Assembly: GCA_021613535.1 (NCBI GenBank)
Contig: CP075492.1
Location: forward strand, 8,246,001-8,310,000
DNA length: 64,000 bases
Direction: 5' to 3'
Origin: Adineta vaga
Lineage: Eukaryota; Animalia; Rotifera
The notes below the pieces were generated by a model, which saw only the letters and a program-made list of their open reading frames with translations, made no database searches and had not been told where the DNA came from. The position numbers and the translations under genes are program-made. This document shows, piece by piece, positions 29,934 through 42,825 of this stretch (position 1 is the first letter of the stretch; the number at the start of each line of letters is the position of its first letter).

Positions 29934-30831
29934 ATTGATTTTAGTCATTGTTTTGACCTGCTTTGTTTTTTTCCTCTTAGGATAATATATGATAGACAAA
30001 CCTTTAAACATTGTTATAGTATGTTTTCTATTGCAATGTATCCAGAAATGTAATAAATGATAAAAAAACAAAAGAATGTGAAAAGAAGCAAACAATAATT
30101 TGTAATTGATGAATATATGATTGAATCATTATAAACTGAGTACATCGTATGAAGGTTCGATATGATGAGTCATTTGAAAATATACAATTTAATTCATGAC
30201 GTAGTGTTTCAACAAAGTTAGAATCTCACCAGATTCCGTATTCAATGCTTTGTTTTATTAAACTGAAAAAAATGAATTTAATGATCGTATAATTCGTACT
30301 TTTAGGTAGATTAGTTCTTTTAGTAAAAACATTATTTTTCGACGTGTATTTTACCCATTCGCTTAACACCAATCGTACCTTATCTTCGTTTTTTTTGTCA
30401 AGATTTATTACGTATCTAGTTCTTTTCTGTATCAGTCGCATATATTTCATTTGATTTATATTTGTTTTCTAATCTTAGAAACTCTTCCACACATTTCACG
30501 CATGATTTCTATTTTGATAATATGATAAGTAATAGCTTTTCGTATTTTGTTCGTTTAATGCTCTGTTTTCTTTGATGCTCTATACCCTAGATGTTTAATC
30601 ACGTGGTTTTACGTTGTCGAAAATAGAAGAACGACAAACATCCATTTCGATGGTATATAAAGGAATACAAAATACGTGTGCGTTTCTTCTTCTTTTCCAT
30701 TTCTTTCTCTTGTTCGTTGTTTTTGCTAGCAAAGTATGAAAGCATAGTTTTTTTCTTTTCATTGTTTATTATAGAACATTTGAGTACATTACTCTATCGT
30801 TTAGATTCTAACTAAAACTTTCGATTAAATT

Positions 30832-33800
30832 ATGTCGAAACCATCGACTAAAGTTCCACTAACAGATAAAGATCGTCGTAAACAGATCTCTATTCGTGGT
30901 TTACCATTACTTGAAAATGTTGCATCTGTGAAAAAAACTTTTAATCGTCATTTACATTTTACAATTGTTAAAGATCGAAATGTTGCTACCAATCGAGATT
31001 ATTTTTTATCAACAGCTTATACTGTTCGCGATCATCTTGTTGGTCGATGGATTCGTACTCAACAACATTATTATGATACTGATCCCAAACGAGTTTATTA
31101 TTTATCATTAGAATATTACATGGGACGATCATTATCGAATATGATGATCAATTTGGGTATTGAATCGGAATTAGATGAATCTTTATATGAGGTAAAATGA
31201 AATGAAATCTATTATTCTTTAATTGTATTTTAATATAAATTTCGTTGATTTAGCTTGGATTATCTATTGAAGAATTAGAAGAATTCGAAGAAGATGCTGG
31301 ATTAGGTAATGGTGGTCTTGGTCGACTTGCTGCTTGTTTTCTTGATTCTATGGCAACACTTGGTCTGGCTGGTTATGGCTATGGATTACGATATGAATTC
31401 GGTATTTTTCAACAAACAATCAAAGATGGTTTTCAATGTGAAGAACCTGATGATTGGTAAGATTAAGGTATATAAAAAAGTTCTTTCTATTTCTCTGAGA
31501 CCTATATTTAGGTTACGTTATGGAAATCCATGGGAAATACCACGACCAGAATATCAAATTCCTGTTAATCTTTATGGTCATGTTATTCAACAAAATGGAA
31601 AATCAAAATGGGTTGATACCAAAGTGATTATGGCTATGCCTTATGATACTCCCGTTCCAGGTTTTAATAACAACGTTCGTACTACGATTTCAAATAACGA
31701 CATATAACTTTTCTGAATCTTTTAGGTTGTTAATACACTTCGATTATGGAGTGCTAAAGCACCACAAAAGTTTAACTTTCAATTTTGTACGTTACTTTTT
31801 ATTTTCTCGTTTGTCGTCGTTGAACTATTCTTGTATCTTTAGTTAATGATGGAGAGTATTTAAATGCAGTCAGCGAACAAAGTTTAGCTGAAAATGTCAC
31901 TCGCGTATTATATCCGAATGATAATGTAAGTGTATAATTTTCTTTTTGCTTGTGCAAAATATGTGGATGTTTCTTAATAGTATATGCAAGGTAAAGAACT
32001 TCGTCTTAAACAAGAATATTTTCTTGTTGCTGCAACACTTTCGGATATTATTCGACGATATAAACATTCGAAATTTGGTGTTCCTAATGCAACACGAGAC
32101 GACTTTAATACTTTTCCGGATAAGGTAAGACAAAAACGTTCATATCTGTTGTCTATTAATCATGATAACACATAATCGTTCTATTTCAAGGTTGCTATTC
32201 AACTGAATGACACTCATCCAGCATTAACTGTCGCTGAATTAATGCGTTTATTAGTCGATATTGAAGGTTTAGAATGGAATGCTGCATGGGATGTAACAAC
32301 ACGTGCATGTGCTTATACCAATCATACATTGATGCCGGAAGCTGTCGAACGTTGGTCAGTTGGTTTATTAGAACATGTTTTACCACGACATTTACAAATT
32401 ATTTACGAAATCAATTTACGTCATCTTCAAGTAAAAGAATTCTTCATTTTTGTTGCATAGAAACATTTTCCTTTAGGAAGTTGCTGCTCGTTATCCTGGT
32501 GATGATAATCGTATTCGTGATTTATCAATTGTTGAAGAAGGTGGAGAAAAACGCATTAATATGGCTTATTTAGCTATTGTGGTTCGTAATGAAAATGAAC
32601 CTGAACTATTTGAAGATAAAATTTTGTTAATAAAATATTATAGGGTTCACATGCAGTTAATGGTGTTGCAGAAATTCATTCTGAACTTTTAAAAACAACT
32701 CTGTAAGAGAATAAATCATTTCTTTAAGAATATCTATTTCATTCTATTTATTTAATTTTAGTTTTAAATCCTTTTATGAATTAACTCCTGAGAAATTTCA
32801 AAATAAAACTAATGGTATTACACCTCGTCGTTGGTTAGTTCTCAGTAATCCAAATTTAAGTGATGCTATTGCTGAAGTAATGAATATTATCTTTATCAAT
32901 CATTTTCTTATTTATTCTTGTCTAGAAAATTGGTGAAGAATGGATTACAAAACTTGATGAACTTAAACGTTTAAGAGAGTTTGTTAATAATGAAGCATTT
33001 GTACGTGATATTCAACAAGTCAAACAAGAAAATAAACATCGATTAGCAGAATGGCTTTTGAAAACTCAACATCAACAAATTAATCCAATGTCAATCTATG
33101 ATATGCAAGTTAAACGTATTCATGAATATAAACGACAGTTATTAAATGTTTTACATATTATTACATCATACAATCGTATTAAAGCACATCCAGATGGAAA
33201 ATTTGTTCCACGTACAGTGATGATTGGTGGAAAGGTTTGATTGAAATGAGTTTGAATAAAAGATTAATATGTCATTTTTTCCCATAGGCTGCACCAGGTT
33301 ATCATATGGCTAAGAAGATTATTAAATTGGTAATAAATGAGACATATGAAACAATTCATGTCTATTTTCTTTCTTTCTTTCTTTTTTTGTTAGGTTAATA
33401 GTGTTGGTAAAGTAGTAAACAATGATCCAGTTATTGGTGATCGTCTTAAAGTTGTCTTTCTTGAAAATGTGAGTCTTCATTCGATGAAATGAAATTCATA
33501 AATGAATATCTTTTAGTATCGTGTAACCATGGCTGAACAAATCATACCTGCTGCTGATTTATCTGAACAGATTTCGCTGGCTGGTATGGAAGCAAGTGGT
33601 ACATCGAATATGAAATTTATGTTAAATGGTGCTTTAACAATATGCACATTAGATGGTGCGAATGTTGAAATGGCAGAAGAAGTTGGTAATGAAAATATTT
33701 TTGTCTTTGGTATGACTGTTGATGAAGTTGAAAAACGTAAACAAGCAGGGTATGTAAAAAAAAGAACATATTGACGACAAAGATTCGAATTTGTGTTATG

Positions 33801-34345
33801 TTTAGATATCGTTCAAGAGAATTCTATGAAAAAAATGCTGAACTCAAACAAGCTCTTGATCAAATTCGTGATGGATTCTTCTCACCAGAAAATCCTGAAT
33901 TATTTCATGATGTTGTTGATAGTTTATTAAATGATCATGGTGATAAGTAAGTTTTATTTTTGATTCGAAGACAAATCAATTAAATGTTTCCATTCTTTTA
34001 GTTATATGCTTTTAGCTGATTATGAAAGTTATATTAAATGTCAAGAGAGAGTTAGCGAACTTTTTAAAGTGAGTTTATTTGAAAGAATTTTCGTTTTTTT
34101 TTTAAATTTCTCAAGCGTTTGTTTAGGATCCAATTGCTTGGACAAAGAAATGTATTTTAAATATTGCTGCATCGGGTAAATTTTCTAGCGATCGTACAAT
34201 TGCTGAATATGCTCGTGAAATTTGGGGTGTTACGCCAACACTTCAGCCCTTACCTCATCCACATGAAGGTCGTCCAGGAACGAAAAATGAAGGTGAAGCA
34301 ACTCATGGTTCATCAGCTTCACTTCATGATCAAGGAAAAAAATAG
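30832..34345 (+). CDS. PYG: Glycogen phosphorylase, many small exons
   Basis: RRKQISIRG regulatory Ser site, [54 protein letters not shown]-lysine motif [26 protein letters not shown]; stop TAG 34343-34345. Confidence 0.98.
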
Positions 34346-34461
34346 GACTCGAATTTTGATTTATTCTTTTTCTTTATCTATGACGTAGGAAAATAGTTGA
34401 TATGGTTCCAGTAGTGTCAGTTTTCTTTTTCTTTTTATAGAAATCATTTTATCACATCTTT

Positions 34462-34665
34462 TCAAAAAAATAAAGTTTCATATGCCGGTGGAAAATCTTC
34501 TTCATTGGATGATAATCGAATAATTCGAAGATAATTTTCTTGATTTTGTCGTTTTCGTCGTTGAAGTATAGAATTACGAATACATTCGATAATATAAGCG
34601 AAAATAAATGATAGAATAGGTATAATTACCAATGGATATACCAAAATAATCATACCATCGAACAT
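34462..34665 (-). CDS. 67-aa single-pass membrane microprotein with C-terminal PPxY motif
   Basis: Hydrophobic N-terminal helix, basic stop-transfer RRKR, C-terminal FPPAYETLFF. Confidence 0.6.
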   Translation of the reverse strand: MFDGMIILVYPLVIIPILSFIFAYIIECIRNSILQRRKRQNQENYLRIIRLSSNEEDFPPAYETLFF

Positions 34666-35033
34666 AATTCATAAGCAAATCAATGATTGCCGACAAAATA
34701 AAAGTTGATTTGTTTTATTCTCTTTCTTTCGTTTTTGATTATCTTTCATGATTATTCAAATACATTCACCAAGAGACTTGACATGTGTTTCCTTTCATTT
34801 TTGATAGAGTGTTTCTCTATCCGCTCTATGAATTATTAAATAAAAAGATTCTTGATAGAAGACAATCTTAAATAAAGTCTACCAATATACATTTCTCTAC
34901 CATAATAGTCGATTTGAAATTAGGAACAGATATATTAATAACATCACTAGCGAATATTCTTTCTTTTATTAATAGCTTCGCATTCTCGGTTATAAAAATA
35001 ACTTTTCATCTTATATCGATAAAAACAACAATA

Positions 35034-35773
35034 TTAAGATGTTTCCATTCGTTTCCATTCTTCAAGTACATCAGCTTTGCCTCCTCTGGTATGTGAAAAA
35101 TAATCCAATTTTTCTATTTCGCCACCACGAATAGATTCAGCTAATTTTTTCAATGATTGATAATAATCTTTTTGTCCAAATAACCACATACATTTACCAG
35201 CTTTATACAAACGTACAGGCCAATACGACCATTTTTGTTTATTATCAAGTGAATGAAAATACTCATGATTATCAATATCCTTAAAAAATTAATCATGAAT
35301 TTAATTTCAAATTAAGATATTAACATACCCATCCCCAACTGGTCACCATCATACGAACACCATGTCGAAGTTTAGCAATAAATTGTTCATCCTGTTTTAA
35401 TTCAGCTAATACATTTGGAGGTAATTGATAGGCTTTACCTCGACTACTGATTTCATCAACTAAAAATAGATATTTCTGTCTGATAATATTTCGTAGAAGA
35501 AATATTCGAACTAGATAACTTACTAGGAAACATCCACCAATCATAGTGATGATGATGAAAAGCCAGCCAATCTCGTTCTTTATACCAGTCTTCGAATTCT
35601 TTCATTTGTTTGTTGAAATATTCGAGAAGTTTTTCTTTGCCAACGAATTCATCGTCACTATCACCATTACTAGTATCTCTTCCTCTTCCTTTGTCGTCTT
35701 TATGTTCTCCGACATTTGTTAATTCACCTGTTTGTCTATTGAAATTTCTATTGATATTAGACGCCTGACTCAT
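35034..35773 (-). CDS. OGFr_N/DUF1810-like protein (about 200 aa, 3 exons), candidate horizontally acquired gene
   Basis: Spliced by eye across two GT-AG introns: ...DWLAFHHHHYDWWMFP-IDEISSRGKAY...LRHGVRMMVTSWGW-DIDNH...WSYWPVRLYKAGKCMWLFGQKDYYQSL...ETS-stop. H-x-x-W-x-x-FP and R-L-x-K...L-F-G motifs recall the OGFr conserved region. Confidence 0.65.
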
Positions 35774-36005
35774 CTTCAAAAGTTCATATTTAGAAATCAA
35801 TTAGTATACTTAGAAAATATATGAAGAAAAAAAAAACGAATTTTTTAATATCTGACTTTAGTTTTTATCTACATCAATAATAGTTCAACGGAAAAAAATA
35901 TGCTTTGTTATATAAAAAAGAAAAGAAAAGAAAGAAACGAAGAAAACCCTTTGTTCGCCTAATCATAAATAACACGTATTCGTTTGTAATTTAGACTAGA
36001 GCAGA

Positions 36006-37143
36006 TTAAAATGTATCTAAAGAATTATCATCAATCATTCCCATTGATGTTGTTGACGGATCAGATGTTGGATGATTGATATTTGTAGTTTGTGAGTATC
36101 CCTAGAAGAAGAAATGTTTTCTTTTTCAAAGATTAGTTTTTATTTTACTTACAAGTGAATAATTCGTCCATACGGATCCACTTGGTGTATTGGGATCAGA
36201 ACTTGGTCCTGCGTCTAGTCAAAATCATTAAATAGATAAGCAAAATAACTATTTTCACTTACGACGAGTTGATTGAAATGGATTTGATGGAGATGATTGA
36301 TAAATTAATTGACTGGTTGGTTGCATACTCATTTGATAATTCATATTCAATGGATAATTAACTCCAAGAGATTGACATTGTGCAAGTTGTTGAGTAATAC
36401 CCATCAAACCACCTTCTTCAACGCTTGCTACCAACCAAATTGGATCTAGAAAAACAAGTTTCATATAAAATATAAGTAAACAATACGATAACTAACCTCC
36501 AAATGGTACACCAGCTGAAGTAAATAGTCGCCATTGTGATCGAATAATTCGTGTTCCATTTGGACTTGTTATATGAGCAGAAATATTTGTTTGTTCACCC
36601 GGTGATAGAGAACCAACATAAACTTCATCTCGTTCATGAAATCGATCACCATTAACAAATCGTAAGGAACAACCACTTGGCCATCGTTCCGTCCCTATCA
36701 AAGAAACATGTCTTATTTTGTATGAAATACAAACATGAAATTCTACCAGAATTTTCAACACGCCAAGTTTTAATAAATTTTGTATTTGGTGGAATAGCTT
36801 CACCATCACCTATGGTAACATCGGCAATAAATTTCATTTGAGGAATTTTATCTGTTGGCATTTCAGCATCATAATAAGCAAGAATTGCTTCATTTAAATT
36901 CCTACGGTAAAAGATTCATTTGATAAATAAAGAAAATTATTCTTTGAATCATATTTACCAATTGCTTAATTCGAGAAAAAAAGTGCAACCCTCATTGGTT
37001 AACATTGCATTGGTTGTCGAACGAAATTGTGCAATTAAATCTTCTCGATTATTTGTTGTTATTGATCGCAATCGTCCCATTAAATCTTCATCTAAATGTG
37101 ACATGCCAATTGTTGATGGTAACATTTCCGAATCAATATCCAT
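36006..37143 (-). CDS. ILRUN: ILRUN/C6orf106 (UBA-like + NBR1 FW domain), multi-exon
   Basis: LRSITTNNREDLIAQF...CTFFLELSNWNLNEAILAYYD; MKFIADVTIGDGEAIPPNTKFIKTWRVENSG; PFGDPIWLVASVEEGGLMGITQQL. Confidence 0.93.
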
Positions 37144-37346
37144 TTAATATAATCTAAAACTCAAAATTTATTGACAATGTTTTCTCAATCAACAAAAAAA
37201 CAAATAAACGTATACAATGTAATTTACATAATCACACGTTCGTATCGATATGAATATTTCTTTTGTTTCATCCATATAAAACATAAACGTAGAAAAGAAA
37301 AGTAACTTATAACAAAAGCGAACACGGTCATAGAGTTCGATATAGT

Positions 37347-37760
37347 TTACTGCACGAAAACGTCCGTCAGACTTGGCATGGCTGATTGAAGAATATTATG
37401 AACATGAAATGGAATAAAAACAATGGCAGAATAAGTAACGAGTGAAATAACAAGAAGAAAAATACTAATCATTAAACATCGTTCCCATGGTTCCATAACA
37501 TAAAGTGTTGTTACTAATAGAAATTGCATATAAAGACGTTCAACTGTTTCAACTAATGAATGATGCCATTGCCGTTCGGTTTTGTTCTACATAGAGAAAA
37601 AAAACAAGAAAGATGAGAAGGATTCTAAAGGGTATCTTGACATGGTTTATTGTTTTAAATCAAATTAGTTAGGTTTTTTAACATTGATTCATGCGAGATA
37701 TATTACCGATAGGTGATCATTATTTGCCATTAAGGAGTCTAAATATGATGTACGAATCAT
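37347..37760 (-). CDS. Serine palmitoyltransferase small subunit, paralogue 1 (2 exons, N-terminally extended)
   Basis: Exon 1 MIRTSYLDSLMANNDHLS|gtaata joined in phase 0 to NKTERQWHHSLVETVERLYMQFLLVTTLYVMEPWERCLMISIFLL...; the LYxxEPWER motif is diagnostic of SPTSSA/B. Confidence 0.82.
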
Positions 37761-38443
37761 AGTATTCGTCGTTGTTAGTCTAAGTATGTAAGTAGTCTGT
37801 TTATCGTAATATGGTCTATTGCTCCGGTAATATATATATATACAGCACAGGGTGTAGTAAAAATGTGAATATGAAAAAAGGCAACCAGAGCAAATAACGA
37901 AGTCGAAAAAGCAGATCGTGTATACGTGTGAAGTGAAAATGGAAAGAAATCTGATCGTTGTCAAAAGTATGGAAAAGAATAAGAGCAATTTGTCAAGTAA
38001 GTTTGAGCAAAATCAAGGAGGTATGGCTGAGACTAAAAACGCATAGTTTTTCATTCATATGTACAAAAAATCAAGGTAGAATGGGACGTAAAACAGCGAA
38101 AGGATAATGATAATGATGTATTATACTTATATTTAACGAGTGACAAGGAAAAGAAAAGAGACTATTATTGATGTATAGTAAACAATAGTAGATAAAATAT
38201 CCTACTATCAGTGAATAGAACAGAAATTTAGTAACAGATGAATGAATAATAATAAAAGAACGATGATACATTATTATTAAAAAGAAATATCGATAAACCT
38301 GAATATTTTCTCTTTCTTTATTTTAATCTCAACGAGGTATAAAGCAATAGATAAATGTGTAAGTGAGTCATTAGAAATACATGTCATATATTCATTTAGG
38401 AAAAGAAAAGACCCCATTGATTCCAATCCATACTTGTATTTGG

Positions 38444-38647
38444 TTATGAATACAAATCCATCATTGAACGAAGATGATGAGGTAGAAAAACCCAAGCTGA
38501 ATAAATAGCTGTGGATATGATTGCGACAAGTAATGCTGAGAATAATGCACGTTCCCATGGTTCCAACATATACAATGCCGTATTAAGTAAATATTGTAAA
38601 TAAAGCCAATGAACGAATTTAAAAAATCGACGTATTGTCGAAAGCAT
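38444..38647 (-). CDS. Serine palmitoyltransferase small subunit, paralogue 2 (SPTSSA-like)
   Basis: MLSTIRRFFKFVHWLYLQYLLNTALYMLEPWERALF...AWVFLPHH; ATG at 38647. Confidence 0.92.
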   Translation of the reverse strand: MLSTIRRFFKFVHWLYLQYLLNTALYMLEPWERALFSALLVAIISTAIYSAWVFLPHHLRSMMDLYS

Positions 38648-39264
38648 AGTGATAATATTATTCACTCTTGATAAAAATACTGTTTGTCTAGAATAAGAAA
38701 AGAAGACAATCTTATTTCGTTGTATTTAAAAGGATAGAACTACGCAAATTAAAATGTAAAAAAAACGCTAGACAAACACAACATCATCTATGGTATAGTC
38801 AGTAAATACAGTGGGCAAAAGAAAGAAATAGAAGAACAAAAAATTCATTATGATTAGATGACGGACAAGTACTAAACAAATATAAAGTGGTTTTTAAGAA
38901 TTGATATCAAAATCAAATTCTTAGACGAGGAAAAACTATTGATAAATCGTAATCAAACATTATCGAATGGAAATATTATTTCAATTGAGAAATAGAACAA
39001 TAGATAAGAGTGACATCTTCTGAACAGAATCTTTCAAGCTCAAACTCTCTGTAAATTGTGCTGTATGGTATATGGAAATATATCGTTTTCACTACGATTA
39101 ACGAAGAAAATTCTTCAAAGAATTTGTTTATAGCATTAAGAAAAAAAGGTGTTTAGTTATAAATTTATTAAATTTTGACACAAATACGAAACGCACAATA
39201 AACACAAATTTTTAATTGAGAAGAAAAAACCCGCTAAGCGACAAAACAATGATTTTTTTATCAA

Positions 39265-42200
39265 TTAAACTGGAATCGCATTCATTGATGTGGCAACTTC
39301 TTGTTGTCGACGAACCAAATTCTGAAATACAATCAAATTTGAATTCGTTTATTTCTATTTATTAATAATGAAAAAGTTATACGAACTTCTTTAATTGCTG
39401 TTAATTGTTGAAGAATATGTTGCTGTTGAGATGGAGGCACATGATAAGGCGGTGCTTGCACATTGACATTGGATCGTCGTTGATGATCATCATACGTATA
39501 TGTTGTAGGCTATAATTAGAAGACTTTATTCGATTGATTTTTCTTTTTATAGACATACTTTTGATCGTTGAACATGAGCTGAAGATTCACGTGATTGTGG
39601 AAGAGGTGAAAATGCTCTCGCTGGATCAAGTATTTCATCTGATCTTGTATATGGTATAAAATGTTCGTATTTATCTAATGATGACATATTACGAAAAGTT
39701 GGTTCACCATCTGTATTTGGCATAACAAATGTTTTTTCTTTATTTTGTCCTTTTGAGGAATCTACGTCGTGCTTTTGTGATTGTTGTTGATTATGTTTCG
39801 AAATAATCGAACGTGGTTGATTATTTGTCGTTACTTTAGTTTCTTTTCGTTGATGTTGTAATTCACTATCACTATTCCATCGATTATATGCTGCTCTTTT
39901 TCGTGTAGCATCATTATGATCTACTGTTGGTCGTTCATTAGTAGGTTGTTTTGTATGTTGACGTTTTTCATAATTTGGATCACGTTTTGAATTTGGTACA
40001 TATTCACGATGGGCACCATTTTGATAATTCCATAAAGGTCGATGAACAAGATCATGTACACCATATTGATTACGATGAGTATTTTCATCCCGAGAATTAT
40101 TATTCGAATGTGTTGTTGTAACAGATGAACGTCGTTGACGTTGATTATCTTCATTAGAACGAATGCGAACATTCTTTTTATTTTGTTTAACATCACGAAT
40201 AAGATGATTAGGAACTTGAGGAGGAAGATCAGATTCTTCTCGTGTATAATGAAACATTCGATTTTGAGGAATCATTCGAAGATCAGTTTGTACACCATTG
40301 TCACTAGATGATAAAATTCTTTTTTACTAAAAGTTTCGAAAACAAAAGCTAAAAAGTTTACCTTCGAAATGTTGAATCAATTGTATTAACAGCTTCATCT
40401 CGACGTATGTCAGTAGTTCGATACGATTGTTGGTATTCATTAACAGTATTTAAATGTAATGGTTCAACTTTTGTTGTTGATGTTGCTGCTGCTGCTGCTG
40501 TAGTTTTCTTTGGTGAGGTATCTTGAAACTTTTCCGTTGTTCTTTGAGTTGATTGTGGAATAGGTGTTTTCATTTCTAAGGAGATAATGCAAATGGATCA
40601 TGGAAAGATAATCTAATCTGATGAACAAACTACCTGGTAATGTTTTTGCTAATAAATCTGTTTTATGTCCATTTCGTTTTAATTTTTCAATCAATTGTTG
40701 TTTCTTTTCATATTTTGCTAATTCAGCTGCTTCAACTATTTTCTCATAAGTTTGCTGAACTATTGCATCATGTTGACGAGATTTACTCGATTCTTGCCCA
40801 GTGGTATTAGTTGTTGGAGCATTCTTCGTTGGTATTGGTGATGGATCTTTCTGCTGTTGTGGAACATGACGATTAGCAGCTTCTTGTACAATAGGATGAA
40901 CATTTTCATGTAGAAAATCTTGTCGACGTTCAGTTTCTTGTTGAGTGAATTTGTTTCGTTTATTATCTTCAATTTGCTTTTGTAAATCATCTAACCACTG
41001 TCGTCGTTCCATTTCTTTGGCGACTTTGACATCGTCTTCAAAACGAACATTGCCAAGTAAAAGATTCGTACGCATAGCTGCAGGCACATGTGTCTGATCA
41101 TTGATAACAATATTAGATGTCACCGAAGAAGGATCAGGTGCGCGATATTGAATAACACTATTCGATGCTGGTTGCTAAAAATAAAGCGTAAAAATTCAAT
41201 AAATTGATGAAAAACAAAAGATTAATGCAATATACTGAGATTCTTTGTTCAATTTCGTTCGCATTTGGAGCACCTGCACCTGGACGTCCGAAAGGATTCC
41301 ATACAGGAGCTTTTTCCGCTATAAACAAAAAGATCATGCTAGAATAATTATTTGTATGAACTTACCATTTTCTTGTCTCCATTGTTGTTGTTTCTTTTCT
41401 ATCAAACCTGTTTTGTAATAATCATTTTGTGAATTATCAAATTGTTTTCCGGTTGGTGGTATTGATGGTTGATTCGTTGATGAGTAATCTAAAGGAAATG
41501 CTAAACGTTCTAAATAAAGAAAGAAAATTCGATATCAATGTCTAGATGTCATTTTTTACCTGGTGATGTAGAAGCTTTTTGATGAGCAGGAGTTAATTGA
41601 TGTTTTAATTGATCATATTCAACTTCCAATCGCATTCGATCCATCTCAGCTAGAGAAAAGAAATCAAATAATAGAAAAATCGTTTCTCAAACACGTTCTT
41701 ACCTCTTTCTCGCATCCATTTTCTACGTTTTTTATCAGCCATCATACCTAATGCTTCGTCACGAGGTGAGATTTGACCTAAGGGTAGTACTGAAGACGGC
41801 TGTAGTGGTATATCTAATGGAGGAACAGGAATTGTTGATGAAACATCATTTGATTGTTGTTGTGATGGTTCTGGTTGTGCCTGAATCGTTTGTGGTGGAG
41901 GTGGAGGTAGTGATATTTCTATATCATATATTCGAATATTTACATATTAGGTTCGATTTCAAATAGTACCTCTATGTTCTGATACTGCATTATTTGGAAC
42001 TCTTGAAGTATCTTTTACTGCTTTGACAAGTTCTGCTATTTCTTCCATTGTCATGAAAACACCAACTGAGGCATCGTTATCATTAACAACGATCTTGTGT
42101 GATTTTTTTGTTTGTTTATTCGTTACATTCTGTGGAGGAGGAGGAGGAGGAGGAAGAGGTTTTTGACTAGTTGACTTTGGCTTAGGTTGTACTGGAACAC

Positions 42201-42480
42201 GCGTAGTATTTATTGCTCGACTATTACGTTTTCCTTTGATTTGTGGTTTTTCTTGAGGCTCTTCTGAAAAAGAAAAGAAAATTCTCTTCTACTACTGAAT
42301 AGAAAAGAATTAATACAAACCAAATATTTCATCGAAATAAATTTGTGGTTTACCATTGACCATTTGAGTACGAAAATGTGTCGTTCTATCTTCTGAAAAG
42401 GAACATTATGCAATTCAAACTTTTGATTCTTATGTATACATACCAATAGGACCAGATTTAACAGCAGTTGCAGCAGCCAT
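39265..42480 (-). CDS. CCDC66: CCDC66-like centriolar-satellite/ciliary coiled-coil protein, multi-exon
   Basis: ERRQWLDDLQKQIEDNKRNK, HFIPYTRSDEILDP and C-terminal QQHILQQLTAIKENLVRRQQEV match recalled CCDC66 motifs; also WNPFGRPGAGAP (CSPP1/CCDC66-type motif). Confidence 0.75.
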
Positions 42481-42825
42481 TTGTATGTTTTTGTAGTATC
42501 AGTTCAAAAGAAAAACTACATTCATTCACACAATTGTTATCGTTAGAATTATTATTCTTGGCAGACATACATGCATGTTTTTTTTTCATTCTGTCATAAC
42601 TGTTGAAATCAGACGTCTATCGCTTAACGGCGACCTTTGTGAAATGCATAATGTAGTGCATAGGTATGCTATTACCTAGAAAGCTTTAACGATCAAATGA
42701 TCGATCAATAGCATAGAATACTATTCAAGTATATTCATTTAATTCATATATTATTGATTCTCCAAAAAATAAAGTGAAATCTGTTTGATATTTTTCCAGA
42801 TCAACTAAATAGAAGTCAACGAACG

